A stretch of 64,000 nt of DNA. Source: Octopus sinensis. Taxonomy: Eukaryota. The notes under the pieces are model-generated. The model made no database searches and had not been told where the DNA came from. It worked only from the letters and a program-made list of their open reading frames with translations. Below are positions 40,756 through 52,395 of the stretch, one piece after another; within the stretch, counting starts at the first letter, position 1, and the number at the start of each line of letters is the position of its first letter. Where the stretch lies: NCBI RefSeq assembly GCF_006345805.1, contig NC_043006.1:23684001-23748000 (forward strand), in the 5' to 3' direction. A program made the position numbers and the translations under genes.

Positions 40756-42147
40756 CAGACTTCCACAAAGTTTCCATCAAGCAGATTTGTTGACAAGGCA
40801 TGGGCTGGCCTGGGGCTACAGTAAAAGGCATTTGCCTAAGGTGCCACACAGTGGAACTGAACCTGGAAGAGGTATGGCCACATGATTAAGAAGATCGCTT
40901 AGCAACCGAAAAGTTGTCATTAGCACCTTAGTCCCTTTGCCTCTAAACTAGCCATACCTGGAACCAAATATTCCACCAGTTTCATGTTCAAACTGGCCAG
41001 GTCCAGCTACTCACACCTAGCCTACAATGTCACTCTGAAAATAAACTATCATCATCATCATTGTTTAACGCCCGCTTTCCATGCTGGCATGGATTGGACA
41101 ATTTGACTGAGGACTGGCAAGCCAGAAGGCTACACCAGGCTCCAATCTGATCCAGCAAGGTTTCTACAGCTGGATGCCCTTCCTAACGCCAACCACTCCG
41201 AAAGTGTAGTGAGTCCTTTTTATGTACCACTGGCACAGGAGCCAGTCTGGTGGCACTGGCATCAACCATATTCAGATGGTGCATTTTATGAGCCACTGGC
41301 ACAGGTGCCTGCCAGGTAGCACGGGTACTAGTCACGCTCAAAAGGTGCTCTTTATGTGCTACCAGCATGGGTGCCAGTCAGGCAGCACTAACATTGACCA
41401 AGCTCGAATGTCGCTTTTTACACACCACCAGTACAGGAGCTAGTCAGTGGAGGGGAGACACACTGGCACTGACCACATTCGGATGGTGCTTTTTACATGG
41501 TGTCACCAGCACAGGAGCCAGTCAGGCATCGACCATAATCACAGTATTGAAATCTTGAAATTATGAGCAAATACATGAATAATTCAAAGCAATGTGAATA
41601 AGTAAGCATTACGCTTGACACAATAATCTGAATGCTAAAGGGTCAATCACATGGCCATGTCCCTAGAATCCTGCCACAGTTCATTTGTGCGTCCAAAATG
41701 TCCATATATTCGACCACCCCTAAAAGACTTTGCCATCCGTATTTTTCTTAATCTTCCTCTGCTATGGGTAACTTCCACTATCAACACACATCACTTTAAT
41801 TTCCATCCCGCAGGGGGTTGGGTCGTCCCTTGCGCATGCAGCCACCATATATCAAAACAGCACTCAGTTACATCCCCTCCACCACTCAATAGATGAAGGT
41901 GGTCCCAACTACAATGAACAGAAGGGGTCTTTAATAACCCAACCACTTACACAGCCCATCTGGAGTCAACCTTTTAGGCCCTCTGCTTATTATGGAAGAG
42001 GAGGCTTGCTACTGAACCTTTCCTGTCTACACAAGTGATGAAAAGTCAGTTTTCTATAACCACACCCAACAAAAACAGCAATGGTTAGCACCCAAACCAG
42101 GACTGCCCAAGGTGCCATGCAATGGGACTTCTTCCCAACCTAATACA

Positions 42148-42271
42148 CAAGGGGTGCAAAAGTAGGTATACAGTAAGTATCCCATCAATGTTATAATACT
42201 TAATTCATTAAAATCATTAGCACCTTCAAATTCTTTTTTCCTAACTGTATGCCTACTTTTGCACCAGCCTG
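42148..42271. mobile_element. Short Tc1/mariner-type MITE next to the exon 7 donor
   Basis: TIRs CAAGGGGTGCAAAAGTAGGTATACAGT / ACTGTATGCCTACTTTTGCACCAGCCTG. Confidence 0.7.
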
Positions 42272-42296
42272 TATATAAAACAAACATACAACTTAC

Positions 42297-42449
42297 CACT
42301 AATCAATTCTTCACTATCGCTGTCCAGACCAGGCCCAGAGAAGATATTACTGCCAAACTGCTGGGAGAGTACCAAACCTTCATCTGCGTTGCTTGATCCT
42401 GTATTGGCAGTGTGCAAATCATCTTTTCTGTTTTCTTCAAACGGTGAGC
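42297..42449 (-). CDS. AKAP9/PCNT: Exon 7 (153 nt, phase 1 to 1): GSPFEENRKDD...DEGLVLSQQFGSNIFSGPGLDSDSEELIS
   Basis: Acceptor cttcttcctttag, donor GTG|gtaagt; matches the recalled AKAP9 motif EEGTELSQRL..SGFAGTEIDPENEEL. Confidence 0.85.
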
Positions 42450-43099
42450 CTAAAGGAAGAAGCGAAAACACTTGGGTTCAAGACATGTGAATAAGGCTGA
42501 GTTTTCTACTCTAAAAATACGAGTCAAGGAACACACACGCACGCACACACACACACACTTTACCAGAAGCACTTATAAAACATCCACACCATCATCATTT
42601 AATGCCAAGTTTCCACATGGGCATAAGTTGGACAGTTTGATAGAAGCTGGCAAGGCTGGAGAGCTGCACCAGGGTTCCACTGTCTGTTTTAGCATGGTTT
42701 CTACTGCTGGATACCCTTCCAAACACCGCCCACTTTACAGAGAGTATTGAATGCTTCTTAAGTGGGACCAGCACCGGTGCTTCTTATGCACAGCATACAT
42801 TATATACTGAGTCAATTGAAGATTTCCTAATGGTAGCCAGATCTGCTAGAAATAACAGCCAAATCTCTATAAAATTACACTCCATCTTCTTAAACAAGGA
42901 TACATTAAATGATATGTCAGATATACAAATAAAAAGTAAGGATGGTCATAGCTGGAATAAGATCTGATATAAAGTTAAACAATAACATTATTGTTCTCTA
43001 ATGTGGAAAGGTAAATGGGGAAACTTGATATTGGTGACAAATATCACACCTTCTCTTAATGAGTTCAAGGGACAAAATGTTTCAGTAACTTAATAAAGA

Positions 43100-43418
43100 T
43101 ACTGAACCTCTTATCTGGCAACCTTGGGATCAGAAGTGGTTCAGATTCCTGGATTTTTTTTTATTTCTGGACACAGGCTAAATATAGACCGAAAATATAA
43201 AATAAACAACAGAAAGTAAAGAATAAAATTGTATAACAGATACAAATTAATACATTTCTAAAACAGGATCTGCTTTATCTGACATCATGTGACACATGTG
43301 CCTCGGAAACCAAAACAAAATGACCACATGGCAAACTACTACAGCCAGCAAAACTCAAAGCTAGCCAGTTTCAAAAATAGCCAGATTTTTGGATTCTGGA
43401 TAAGAGGTTCAATACCTG
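43100..43418. mobile_element. MITE with TIR TGAACCTCTTATC / GATAAGAGGTTCA
   Basis: Inverted termini seen directly. Confidence 0.55.
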
Positions 43419-43722
43419 CATTTCCAGAAAAGTAATGATAAAGGCATACCAGCCACATACACATCACAACAGCAGCAGACCAAGCTCATATCATTACTAC
43501 CACCACCACCACCACCACCATCAATACATAAGCATGCAAGAAAAGGAGAAAGAAAGCAGGTGACATTCCTCTACAACCCTGCGCAGGCAGTTATTATCAT
43601 ACTTGGAGTTCCCACCATGGGGTTCCTGCATCCCAACTGGTGGCCCAAGATGGCATTTGAGGGATGCAACAAAAAAGGAGAGAGTATATTCCTTATGAAA
43701 ATCACTTTGCAGAATAAAAGTA

Positions 43723-44273
43723 TAAGGTTATTCAAAAAGAATTAACCGATTTCATTATTTAATATTCTAATAAGGAAAAGCAATAGAAAACTCCAGCTAA
43801 ATCCCAAGTATTTACTCACAATCAACTTTTATTCACTGTCTTACAGCTGTTCAATGAGGCCAACACCTGCAGCATGGGCAACATCAATGCGATAAGAGAG
43901 TTCCTCCCAGACACTCTTTGCACTTGGCCTGCAAGATCCTCAGATCTCACTGTGTGTGATTTTCTCTTGTGGGAATATGTAAAAGATTGCGTTTATGTTA
44001 CACTGTTACCCACTAACCTCGATGGCCTTAACCATCGAATAACAACAGCGATCAACTCAGTGGATCGTGATATGCTGATAAGCATCTGGGAGGAATTCTC
44101 TTATCACATTGATGTTGCCCGTGCCGCAGGTGGTGGCCACACTGAACGCTTGTAAGACAGGAAATAAAAGTTAATTGTGAGTAAATACTTGTGACTTAAC
44201 TGGAGTTTTCTATTGCTTTTCCTTCTTAAAATATTGCGTAATGAAACTGTTTAATTCTTTTTGAATAACCCTG
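43723..44273 (+). mobile_element. Tc1/mariner-derived fold-back element with 189 bp inverted arms and a transposase C-terminal remnant
   Basis: WPARSSDLTVCDFLLWEYVKDCVY...GGGHTERL* matches the DD(E/D) transposase WP.RSPDL...DF.LWGY.K motif; arms 43723-43911 and 44085-44273. Confidence 0.85.
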
Positions 44274-44913
44274 CATTAATTAACTCTAAAAAATAAATCT
44301 ATAGCATTAAGCCATTAGCATTTAAACTGACCATATCTGGCCAAACTGATCAGATCCAGACTCTCACACTTACCCTACAATGTTATTCAACATTAAACAC
44401 TCACATCCTTGAAATCTCAAGAATACGCGATAATGCTTGATTAATTCAAAACAATGTGAATCGAGAAGCATTATGCTTGACAGAATAATCTGAACATTAA
44501 AGGGTTAAACACACCAATAATTTCAGTATTCTAAGAAATTATACCCCCTAAAACTATGTCCCTGTTCTATTTACAACAAATAATTAGTTATTAGAAAACC
44601 TGTTCATCTTTATATGTGATGTAACTTTTGTAGGAGCTGTTGGATAAAAAAAAGGGGGGATAAAGCTCCTTCTTAAGTCATATAGATCCACCGGGCTGGT
44701 TTCCTGGTTTCTGTAGCATATATACATACATATATATATATATATTTACCTGTGGACAGGACACGGGCCCATCACAGAATCAGTCATTTTAGCCAGCTGA
44801 GTGGACTGGAGCAACGTGAAATGAAGTGTCTTGCTCAAGAACACAATGCATTAAAATTATTCAAACACATCCCAGAAGTGCTGAACAGATAAAAGGTTGG
44901 GAACCACTATGAT

Positions 44914-44946
<33 letters not shown>

Positions 44947-45088
44947 AATATAAATGGAGTAGTTTTGGTGAAGCATCGCGATATGGCTTTAAAGAGATTT
45001 GTTGAGGAAAGCTCGAACAATGCGAGAAGATATAAAGTAAACTACAAAAAAGAAAAGAAAGCAAAACAAAGTTGTATTTTTACTTTAT

Positions 45089-45128
45089 ATTTCTATATTT
45101 TGGGGCTATGACCCCTTCATCAGGACAT
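45089..45128 (-). ncRNA. Decayed minimal hammerhead motif
   Basis: ATGTC-CTGATGA-A-GGGG-TCATAG-CCCC-AAA(G12A)-ATAT-A-GAAAT; short inverted arm at about 45026-45047. Confidence 0.45.
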
Positions 45129-46658
45129 TTGGAAAAGCAAGGGAAGGAAAAAGTCATTGCTCAGATTGACCAGACTATTAGATGTTGTTATACATCGTTG
45201 GTTACAATGTGTTTCACATTGATTTAGCCTTTGAATGGTACCACACTGCTGGCTAGGCAAGCAGGCATTCATATATATGTATATATGTATGTATATTTAC
45301 ATACACACATTCACACATATTTGCGCATGCACACACTTATACATGATTATACAGGCATACATCATGTGACCCAAGAATCTGCCAGTCTTTTCTGCTTCCT
45401 TTTACAAACTATTTAAATGAATCCATCATGTAGATAATCATAAACCAATGAAAGAATATTAAAAACAAATATTACAAAACAATAAAGAGAAGAATAAAAT
45501 AAAAATAAAAGTGTGTGAGCAAGGTAAGTCAAGTGCTACGTGGTGTTGTAATTGCTCCAGGAGCACTTGTTCACAACCTCACTCACAGAACTACAAGAAC
45601 CAGTACCAATGTCACTGATACATGCAAGAGATTGAATAGGTAATAAGAATTCTTTTTAACATAAATGGATGGAATTGTCATCTGAAAGAATCCATCTCAG
45701 GAGACATAACCTCACCAAAACCTCAGCTCACCGACTGACAAAGTCACAATTAAACACCATGTTAATTTTCTTTTACTTGTTTCAGCTATTCAACTGTGGC
45801 CATGCTGGAGCATCACCTTTAGTCGAACAAACTGACCACTCCAGAACTTATACTTTGCAAGCCTAGAACTTATTCTATCGATCTCTTTTGCTGAGCCGCT
45901 AAGTTACAGGGATGTAAACACACCAACATCAGTTGTCAAGTGATGGTGGAGGAACAAACACAGACACACAAGCAACAAGACACGCGCGCGTGCACACACA
46001 CACACACTCACACACACATATATACAACAGGCTTCTTTCAGTTTCTGTCTACCAAATCCACTCGCAAGGCATTGGTCAGCCCAAAGCTATGGTAGAAGAC
46101 ACTTGTCCAAGGCGCCATGCAGTAGGGCTGAACCCAGAACCATGTGGTTGGGAAGCAAGTTTCTTACCACATAGCCACACCTGTTGATTCATGAAAATGT
46201 TACAGTCATTGTCCTCCAATGTGGGTTAAGAGCCACATCTCACTCATACATTCCATGCTTAGCATGGAGTCTACAGCTGGGTGTGGAGTATCATGACACC
46301 AGCATTAGAGAGGTTGTCATTTTTCCAGCAATACTAAAGGCTCTTCTCTACTCAATGTCTTTGTTCATTGATACACTGGCACCAAAACAGGCTGTCTTGC
46401 TCCCAGACCAGACAAAAGAGTGTACCATGTTCCTTTCATTTCCTCCAATAATGCAATCATCATCATCTTTAATGTCCCCTTTTCCAGGCATGCATGAGTC
46501 TGATTTTCTATGGTCGGATGCCATTCCTGTCATTCAAGCCTCACTTGTTTCCACAGAAGACTAGAAATAAACAACCTCACTTGTATGACAATAACATTCA
46601 TTAACAATCATCATGGGATGACTAGATGAGGCTACTCATGTCAGTTCATAGCATCTAC

Positions 46659-46695
46659 CTCTCCAGTCTCTGTTGCTGAAGAGGAGATAATCACT
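46659..46695 (-). CDS. AKAP9/PCNT: Exon 6, micro-exon (37 nt, phase 0 to 1): SDYLLFSNRDWR
   Basis: Acceptor catttcag, donor GAG|gtagat; bridges phase 0 (exon 5) to phase 1 (exon 7). Confidence 0.65.
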
Positions 46696-46904
46696 CTGAA
46701 ATGTATGTATCTCACAGTCTGCTTAGGAAGGAGTGTGAAATGACTGTGTATTTACACCAATTTGTCTACAGCAAAGTATTTCTCCATGACAAAAAACAGC
46801 GAATGTTTCTCTGACAGATCTCAATATGCCTCAAGCATATTTGAACAGATAAAACGTTTGTGTTCATACCCATCAGTGCTTAGTGATGTCACTCTAAATG
46901 ATAT

Positions 46905-47076
46905 TACTGTATTTACTCGTGTATAAGTCACAATATTTTACATTTGATTTCAAGCGGGAGGGAAAAAAATCCAGGGTGCAACTTAGACATGGAGCAAAGC
47001 TAAAACTACAAAGGGAAAAAATTTTGCATCAAGGCTTATACGCAAGTGTGACTTATACACAAGTAAATGCTGTGTA
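46905..47076. mobile_element. pogo/Tigger-type MITE
   Basis: TACTGTATTTACTCGTGTATAAGTC .. GACTTATACACAAGTAAATGCTGTGTA. Confidence 0.6.
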
Positions 47077-47397
47077 AGTAACAATCTTGTCAGCAAGTTA
47101 GCTTGAGGTTTTGACCTGTTCTTCCATCTCTTGGGTCAGATTCTTCCAGATTGCCGAAATAAATATATAAAAATTGAAAACAATAACAAAGAATCAAAAT
47201 CTCTTACGTAGCATTTTAGAAACTTTATATTTCTTTGAAATGTGTTCTGAAATGGTAAACAGAGTTTCCTCGAAGATTGGTTCTTCAGCAAAGATAACAA
47301 CTAAGAGTTAAAGATGGGATTTTTCTTACTGGAACCAGTATTCATAATCATCATTTAGTGTTCACATTTCCATGCTTACATGTGTCAGACAGTATCC

Positions 47398-47434
<37 letters not shown>

Positions 47435-47453
47435 ATATATATATACAAACACA

Positions 47454-47512
<59 letters not shown>

Positions 47513-47978
47513 AAATATACTTACAGAAAAATGAGGAAAGACAGCAACCATTATGCTTTACATGGTCTCCAAGACTAACCAAAGAAGGAAAGAATTTGTA
47601 CATAGTCTGAATGCCAAAGTAGGCTCAGCAAAAGCCATCCAGGCCAGGTGGTCATGTTAATCTGAGTGACAGATTAAAGCCTTACCACTCAAATGAAACC
47701 AACCATATCTTAGAATTAATATTATCACATTAATTAAGGCAGCAAGCAGGCAGAATCATTAACACACCAAGCAAAATGCTTAGTAATATTTTATCTGCTG
47801 AATTAAAAAATTCATCTGAGTTGACTTTGCCTTTCATCCTTTTGTGATCGATGAAATAAGTACCAGTAACACACTGGGGTCAAAGTCATTGATTTATCCC
47901 TCCGTCAAAAATGCTGGCCTTGGATCAAAATTTGAAACCAACATTATCCCATTAATCAAAATTCAAAATAGCACTTAC

Positions 47979-48303
47979 GGTTAGTGGTAAACGGATGGAT
48001 GGGATCCATCGAGTGGGCTCGTGTGACACGTTGGAAGGGTTCTCCAGGACCCAATTGCCAAGATCGAGTCGTTCAGCTGATTTGTAGCGACGTTTCTGCC
48101 GTTTTGACAGACTAGAATCATTGTCTGAGGTAGACTGTGGAATGCCCAGGTGGTTTGAGCGAGACCCTCTCTCGGACGCATTTTTACTGTCAGCCAACAC
48201 CTGGCTCAGCTTCTTGTTTATGGAGTCTTCAATGTCCAGGTAAGTCCGCACTAAATTGGACAGGTGTTGTAACAGCTGCTTATTGGTCTCTTCATATATT
48301 TCC
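47979..48303 (-). CDS. AKAP9/PCNT: Exon 5 (325 nt, phase 2 to 0): EIYEETNKQLLQHLSNLVRTYLDIEDSINKKLSQVL...SIRLPLT
   Basis: Acceptor ttcttccaaag, donor ACC|gtaagt; N-terminal helix resembles the AKAP9 segment recalled as NRLLKILLEVVKTTAAVEETIGRHVLGIL. Confidence 0.85.
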
Positions 48304-48745
48304 CTTTGGAAGAAAAAATACAGGATATTAGAAATATGTGTGGAGAGACTAAGAAAAAGAAAGACAGGAGAGAAATGGGAGAGAGACAAGCAGAAATGGA
48401 GAGGAAGATGAAGGAGAGGGAGAGATGAGGAAGGAAAAGGACAGGGAGAGGTGAAAGGAGAATGAGAGAGGAGGGGAATGCAGGGAGGGGAGAAGTGAAA
48501 GGAGAGTGAGTGCGAGAGTATGAAGTAAAGGAGAGAGGAGAAGAGAGAAAAGGAGACAGGAGATTGGGGAGAGAGAGGAGTGAGAGGGAGTGGTGAAAGA
48601 AAAATGGGAGGGGGAAAGAGAGTGGGGCAAGGAGAGTGAAGGGTTGAAGGAGATTGTTGAAGAAGACAGTGGAATGCCCAGGTGAACAAAGCAAGGAAAA
48701 TAAAGAATAAACTCCCTAAATATTTTAACAAAGTTGGAAACTTAC

Positions 48746-48825
48746 TTTTTGGTCACTTGTTTCGATGGAGACGATTGAACAACTCCACTTTCCTGTGGAA
48801 CCACATGGTCAGCAACCAGTTGACA
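48746..48825 (-). CDS. AKAP9/PCNT: Exon 4 (80 nt, phase 0 to 2): CQLVADHVVPQESGVVQSSPSKQVTK(K)
   Basis: Acceptor ttctttctcactctctag, donor AAA|gtaagt; supplies exactly the phase shift needed between exons 3 and 5. Confidence 0.8.
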
Positions 48826-49901
48826 CTAGAGAGTGAGAAAGAAAAAAAAAAGATTACAAAGGGGTCTAGGACATTTACCCTCCTCATGGACAATAACACC
48901 CACAAGGACAATTAGCCCTGAGGACCAACAGATGATGATTTGAAACTTAATATATTGGAGAGATGGTAATTAATCAAGGGGGTTAATTGTCCTAGAGGAT
49001 AGTTGTCATGGGGGAGGGGAATTGTCTGGGAAGGGGGGGTTATTTTTATTATTTTATTTGTTTCAGTTATTTGGCTGTTGTCATGCTGCAGCACCGCCTT
49101 AAGTCGGACAAATCAGCCCCAGGACTTATTCTTTGTAAGCCTAGTACTTATTCTAAGGATTTCTTTTGCCGAACTGCTAAGTTACAAGGTCATAAACACA
49201 GACACACACACACACACACACACACATACATATGGCTGTGTGGTTAGGGAACTTGCTTCCTAGCTATATGGTTTCGGGTTCAGTCCCACTGCGTGGCACT
49301 TTGGGCAGGTGTCTTCTGCTATAGCTCCGAGCTGACCGAAGCTTTGTGATTGAATTCAGCAGGCGGAAGTTACTGCCGTGTATGTATATGTGCGTGTAGG
49401 TGCTTGTGCCTCTCCAAAAGAGAGAGAGGGATATATATATATATATACGATAGACTTCTTTCAATTTCCAACTACCAAATCAACTCACAAGGCTTTGGAT
49501 GGTCACAGGATATAGTAAAAGACACTTGTCCAGAGACATGCAGTTGGTAAGCAAGCTATTTACCACACAGCCACTCATACGCCTATATATATATATATAT
49601 ATACATACACACACATACATATGTATTTGCGTATGTGGGCATGTTTGTGTGTATAGGAATAAAATGTTTTGGGTATTGTACAGAATAGTATATTGGTAGT
49701 AATAATAATCCTTTCTACTATAGGCATGAGGCCTGAAATTTGGTGGAGAGGGATAGTTGATTAGATCAACCCCAGCAATCAGGATGAAAGGATGAAAGGC
49801 AAAGTCGACCTCGGCAGAATTTGAATTCAGGACATGACAGCAGACAAAATACTGCTAAGCATTTCATCCAGTATGCTGACGATTCTGCCAACTTGCCAAC
49901 T

Positions 49902-49935
<34 letters not shown>

Positions 49936-50297
49936 AAATAATAATAATAATAAAGTTAGTCAGAAGAAATAGGGAATGCTTCATTAGTTTATTTGTTCTA
50001 TATGTTAGGGTCGTTCTATCAAAATAATTGAATCGGTATTGCCCACCACCACAAAGTTATTAAAACAAAGAAAAAAGCATAAACATTTAATATATATATA
50101 TATATACACAGAGTGTCCATAAATTACCATTACAATTTCAACAATTCAGAAACAAATGGGAAACAGAGATAACTCAGAGTTTATTGGAAGATATATAGTT
50201 AAATAAGGAACACTTCTATGTGGGCTCCATTACACATCTAGACAATAAATTGTAGAAGCTGCAAGGAGAACTTATGAACACTGTGTATCTAGGAAGG

Positions 50298-50330
<33 letters not shown>

Positions 50331-50577
50331 GGATGGATGGATGATAGATAGATAGATAAGTGCATTTGATGTTTTATTAACATATTTTTACAGAAAGAGA
50401 AGAAAACATAAATAAGATTAAAAGTATAAAAGCTCAAATTATTAAGGAAAAACCCGAACTACCTCACCAGGGAAACAACACATAGCGATGATGATGATGA
50501 TGATGATGATGTGGTGCTAGGACGAAATATACATATGCTTCAAAAACGAGCACAACTTGAGTACAGAGCAGTAATAA

Positions 50578-50830
50578 GAAATTAGATTAACAAAGAAATA
50601 ACAAATTATGTCAAGAACTTCATTAGCTTACAGCTGTTTCTGTGCATATATATGTATATATAAATGTAAACGTTTTCCCAAATAAAAGTGCATATCATAT
50701 TTGAAGCTCTGATGAAGCTATAGGGTAATACACAAGCATTCAATTATAAGAACACTGCATCTAGTAGCAGAAACAGCTGTAAGCCAATGCATTTCATTAC
50801 ATAATTTCTTATTCCTTTGTCATTCTAATT

Positions 50831-50833
<3 letters not shown>
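50578..50833 (+). mobile_element. Fold-back element (~65 bp arms) with a hammerhead motif at 50706-50784
   Basis: GCT-CTGATGA-A-GCTA..TAGC-A-GAA-ACAGCTGT-A-AGC; inverted partial copy at 50578-50642. Confidence 0.65.
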
Positions 50834-50868
<35 letters not shown>

Positions 50869-51066
50869 TATATATAATGTATATACGACATATATAATGT
50901 ATATACGGCATATATCTATACAAAGTATGGGGGTTTAGTTCACAGGTGATCTAAATGATTAGGCACGCTAGGTAAGTGCTGTAATAGATCACTAGGGCTT
51001 GAAGGTTATAGCCAAGATGGTAGTTATGGAGCCAATGCAAATTTCCAATATAGAGGATATATAATC

Positions 51067-51466
51067 GTTAAAGAGGACAACAAACATTAAGACAAGGCAA
51101 ACATCTCAATTCATATACATAATTATTATTATTATTATTATTATTGGAAAAAATTCAAAGTCTTACAGCTGTTTTGGGGATATTCTGTCATTGGAGACAA
51201 ATAGGGAAAATGAGAAGGGTATAGATTAATGAAATGACGATATAGAGGACAGGAGTACAGGATTAAGGAGATGAGGAGAAAGAAGAATAAAGAAGCATAA
51301 AAGTTCTGTTTAGCTTTCCGATGCTGTGGATATAAGTCCATAAGGCTTTATATCCCATACTCTGGGATATCCCAGAAACAGCTGCAAGACCGAATTTTTT
51401 CCAATAACAATAATGTATATGACTTGAGATGTTGCCCTTGTCTTACCATTTGTTGTCCTTTTTAAC
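51067..51466. mobile_element. Fold-back element (~100-115 bp arms) with a degraded hammerhead-like GAAACAGCTG motif
   Basis: 51067-51183 is the reverse complement of 51367-51466. Confidence 0.6.
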
Positions 51467-51473
51467 ATGTGTG

Positions 51474-51559
<86 letters not shown>

Positions 51560-51847
51560 ATGTGAATGTGTATGCATTATATGATATACACACACATCAT
51601 GAAGTTAACAAGTTAAAAATAAAGCCCAAAGCAATACAATTTAAAGTACCAAAGCAATTTATAAAAATTTTAATGGCTGAAAGCAATAAAAAATATATAA
51701 ATATAATAAGACAAAAGATACGTTAGTAAAACAGCCGAAAAGCTAAACAAAGAACCAGCCGGAAGAACATCCCAAAGCAGCAAAACCCTCTTGTTAGCTT
51801 TAGCTTTGTTGTCCGCAAGTCGTTTGGTACACCTGGAAACATCTCAC

Positions 51848-52045
51848 CTGCTGAAGTTGACCAGATCTTTGAGGCACAATGATGTCGTGATACTTATGGT
51901 GAGTTGACTGAGTTTGGGAGACTGGTTCTGGTTCAGGAAGAGAGCTCTTGACAATATCAGCATACGACTTGCTCAATGGTGCCTCAATGACATCACGGCC
52001 AGTTGGGTCAGTGTTCTCATCTTTCGAGACTGACTGCTGCTGCTG
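51848..52045 (-). CDS. AKAP9/PCNT: Exon 3 (198 nt, phase 0 to 0): QQQQSVSKDENTDPTGRDVIEAPLSKSYADIVKSS...SGQLQQ
   Basis: Pyrimidine tract followed by five tandem CAG (exact 5' boundary ambiguous in 3-nt steps); donor CAG|gtgaga; 66 open codons. Confidence 0.75.
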
Positions 52046-52363
52046 CTGTAGTAGTAGTTCAGAAGGAGGGGAGGAGCAAATAAGTCATTATAGTATTTAT
52101 TATTAATTTTTCTTTCTTTAAGTTGCAATGGGTGAACAACAATAATAATGACGATGAGCTTTCTGGTTGACATAGTTTATTGTTCGCTGCATTTCTTGTA
52201 GTAAGAATAAGGGAGTGTCTGTAACTTGGTGAAGAACAAATATAGTAAAGTATTTCACTCAAAGGCCACTGGTTTTTCAGTTTTCTTACCAGGATTTACC
52301 TCCTTCATAAATATGTATCAGCAAACCTCACAAAGCCATATATATATATATATATATATATTA

Positions 52364-52395
<32 letters not shown>

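Noticed and set aside
47952-48731. 259 aa ORF as a single-exon gene
   Set aside because: The N-terminal ~140 aa come from the intronic pyrimidine tract; only 47979-48303 is exon
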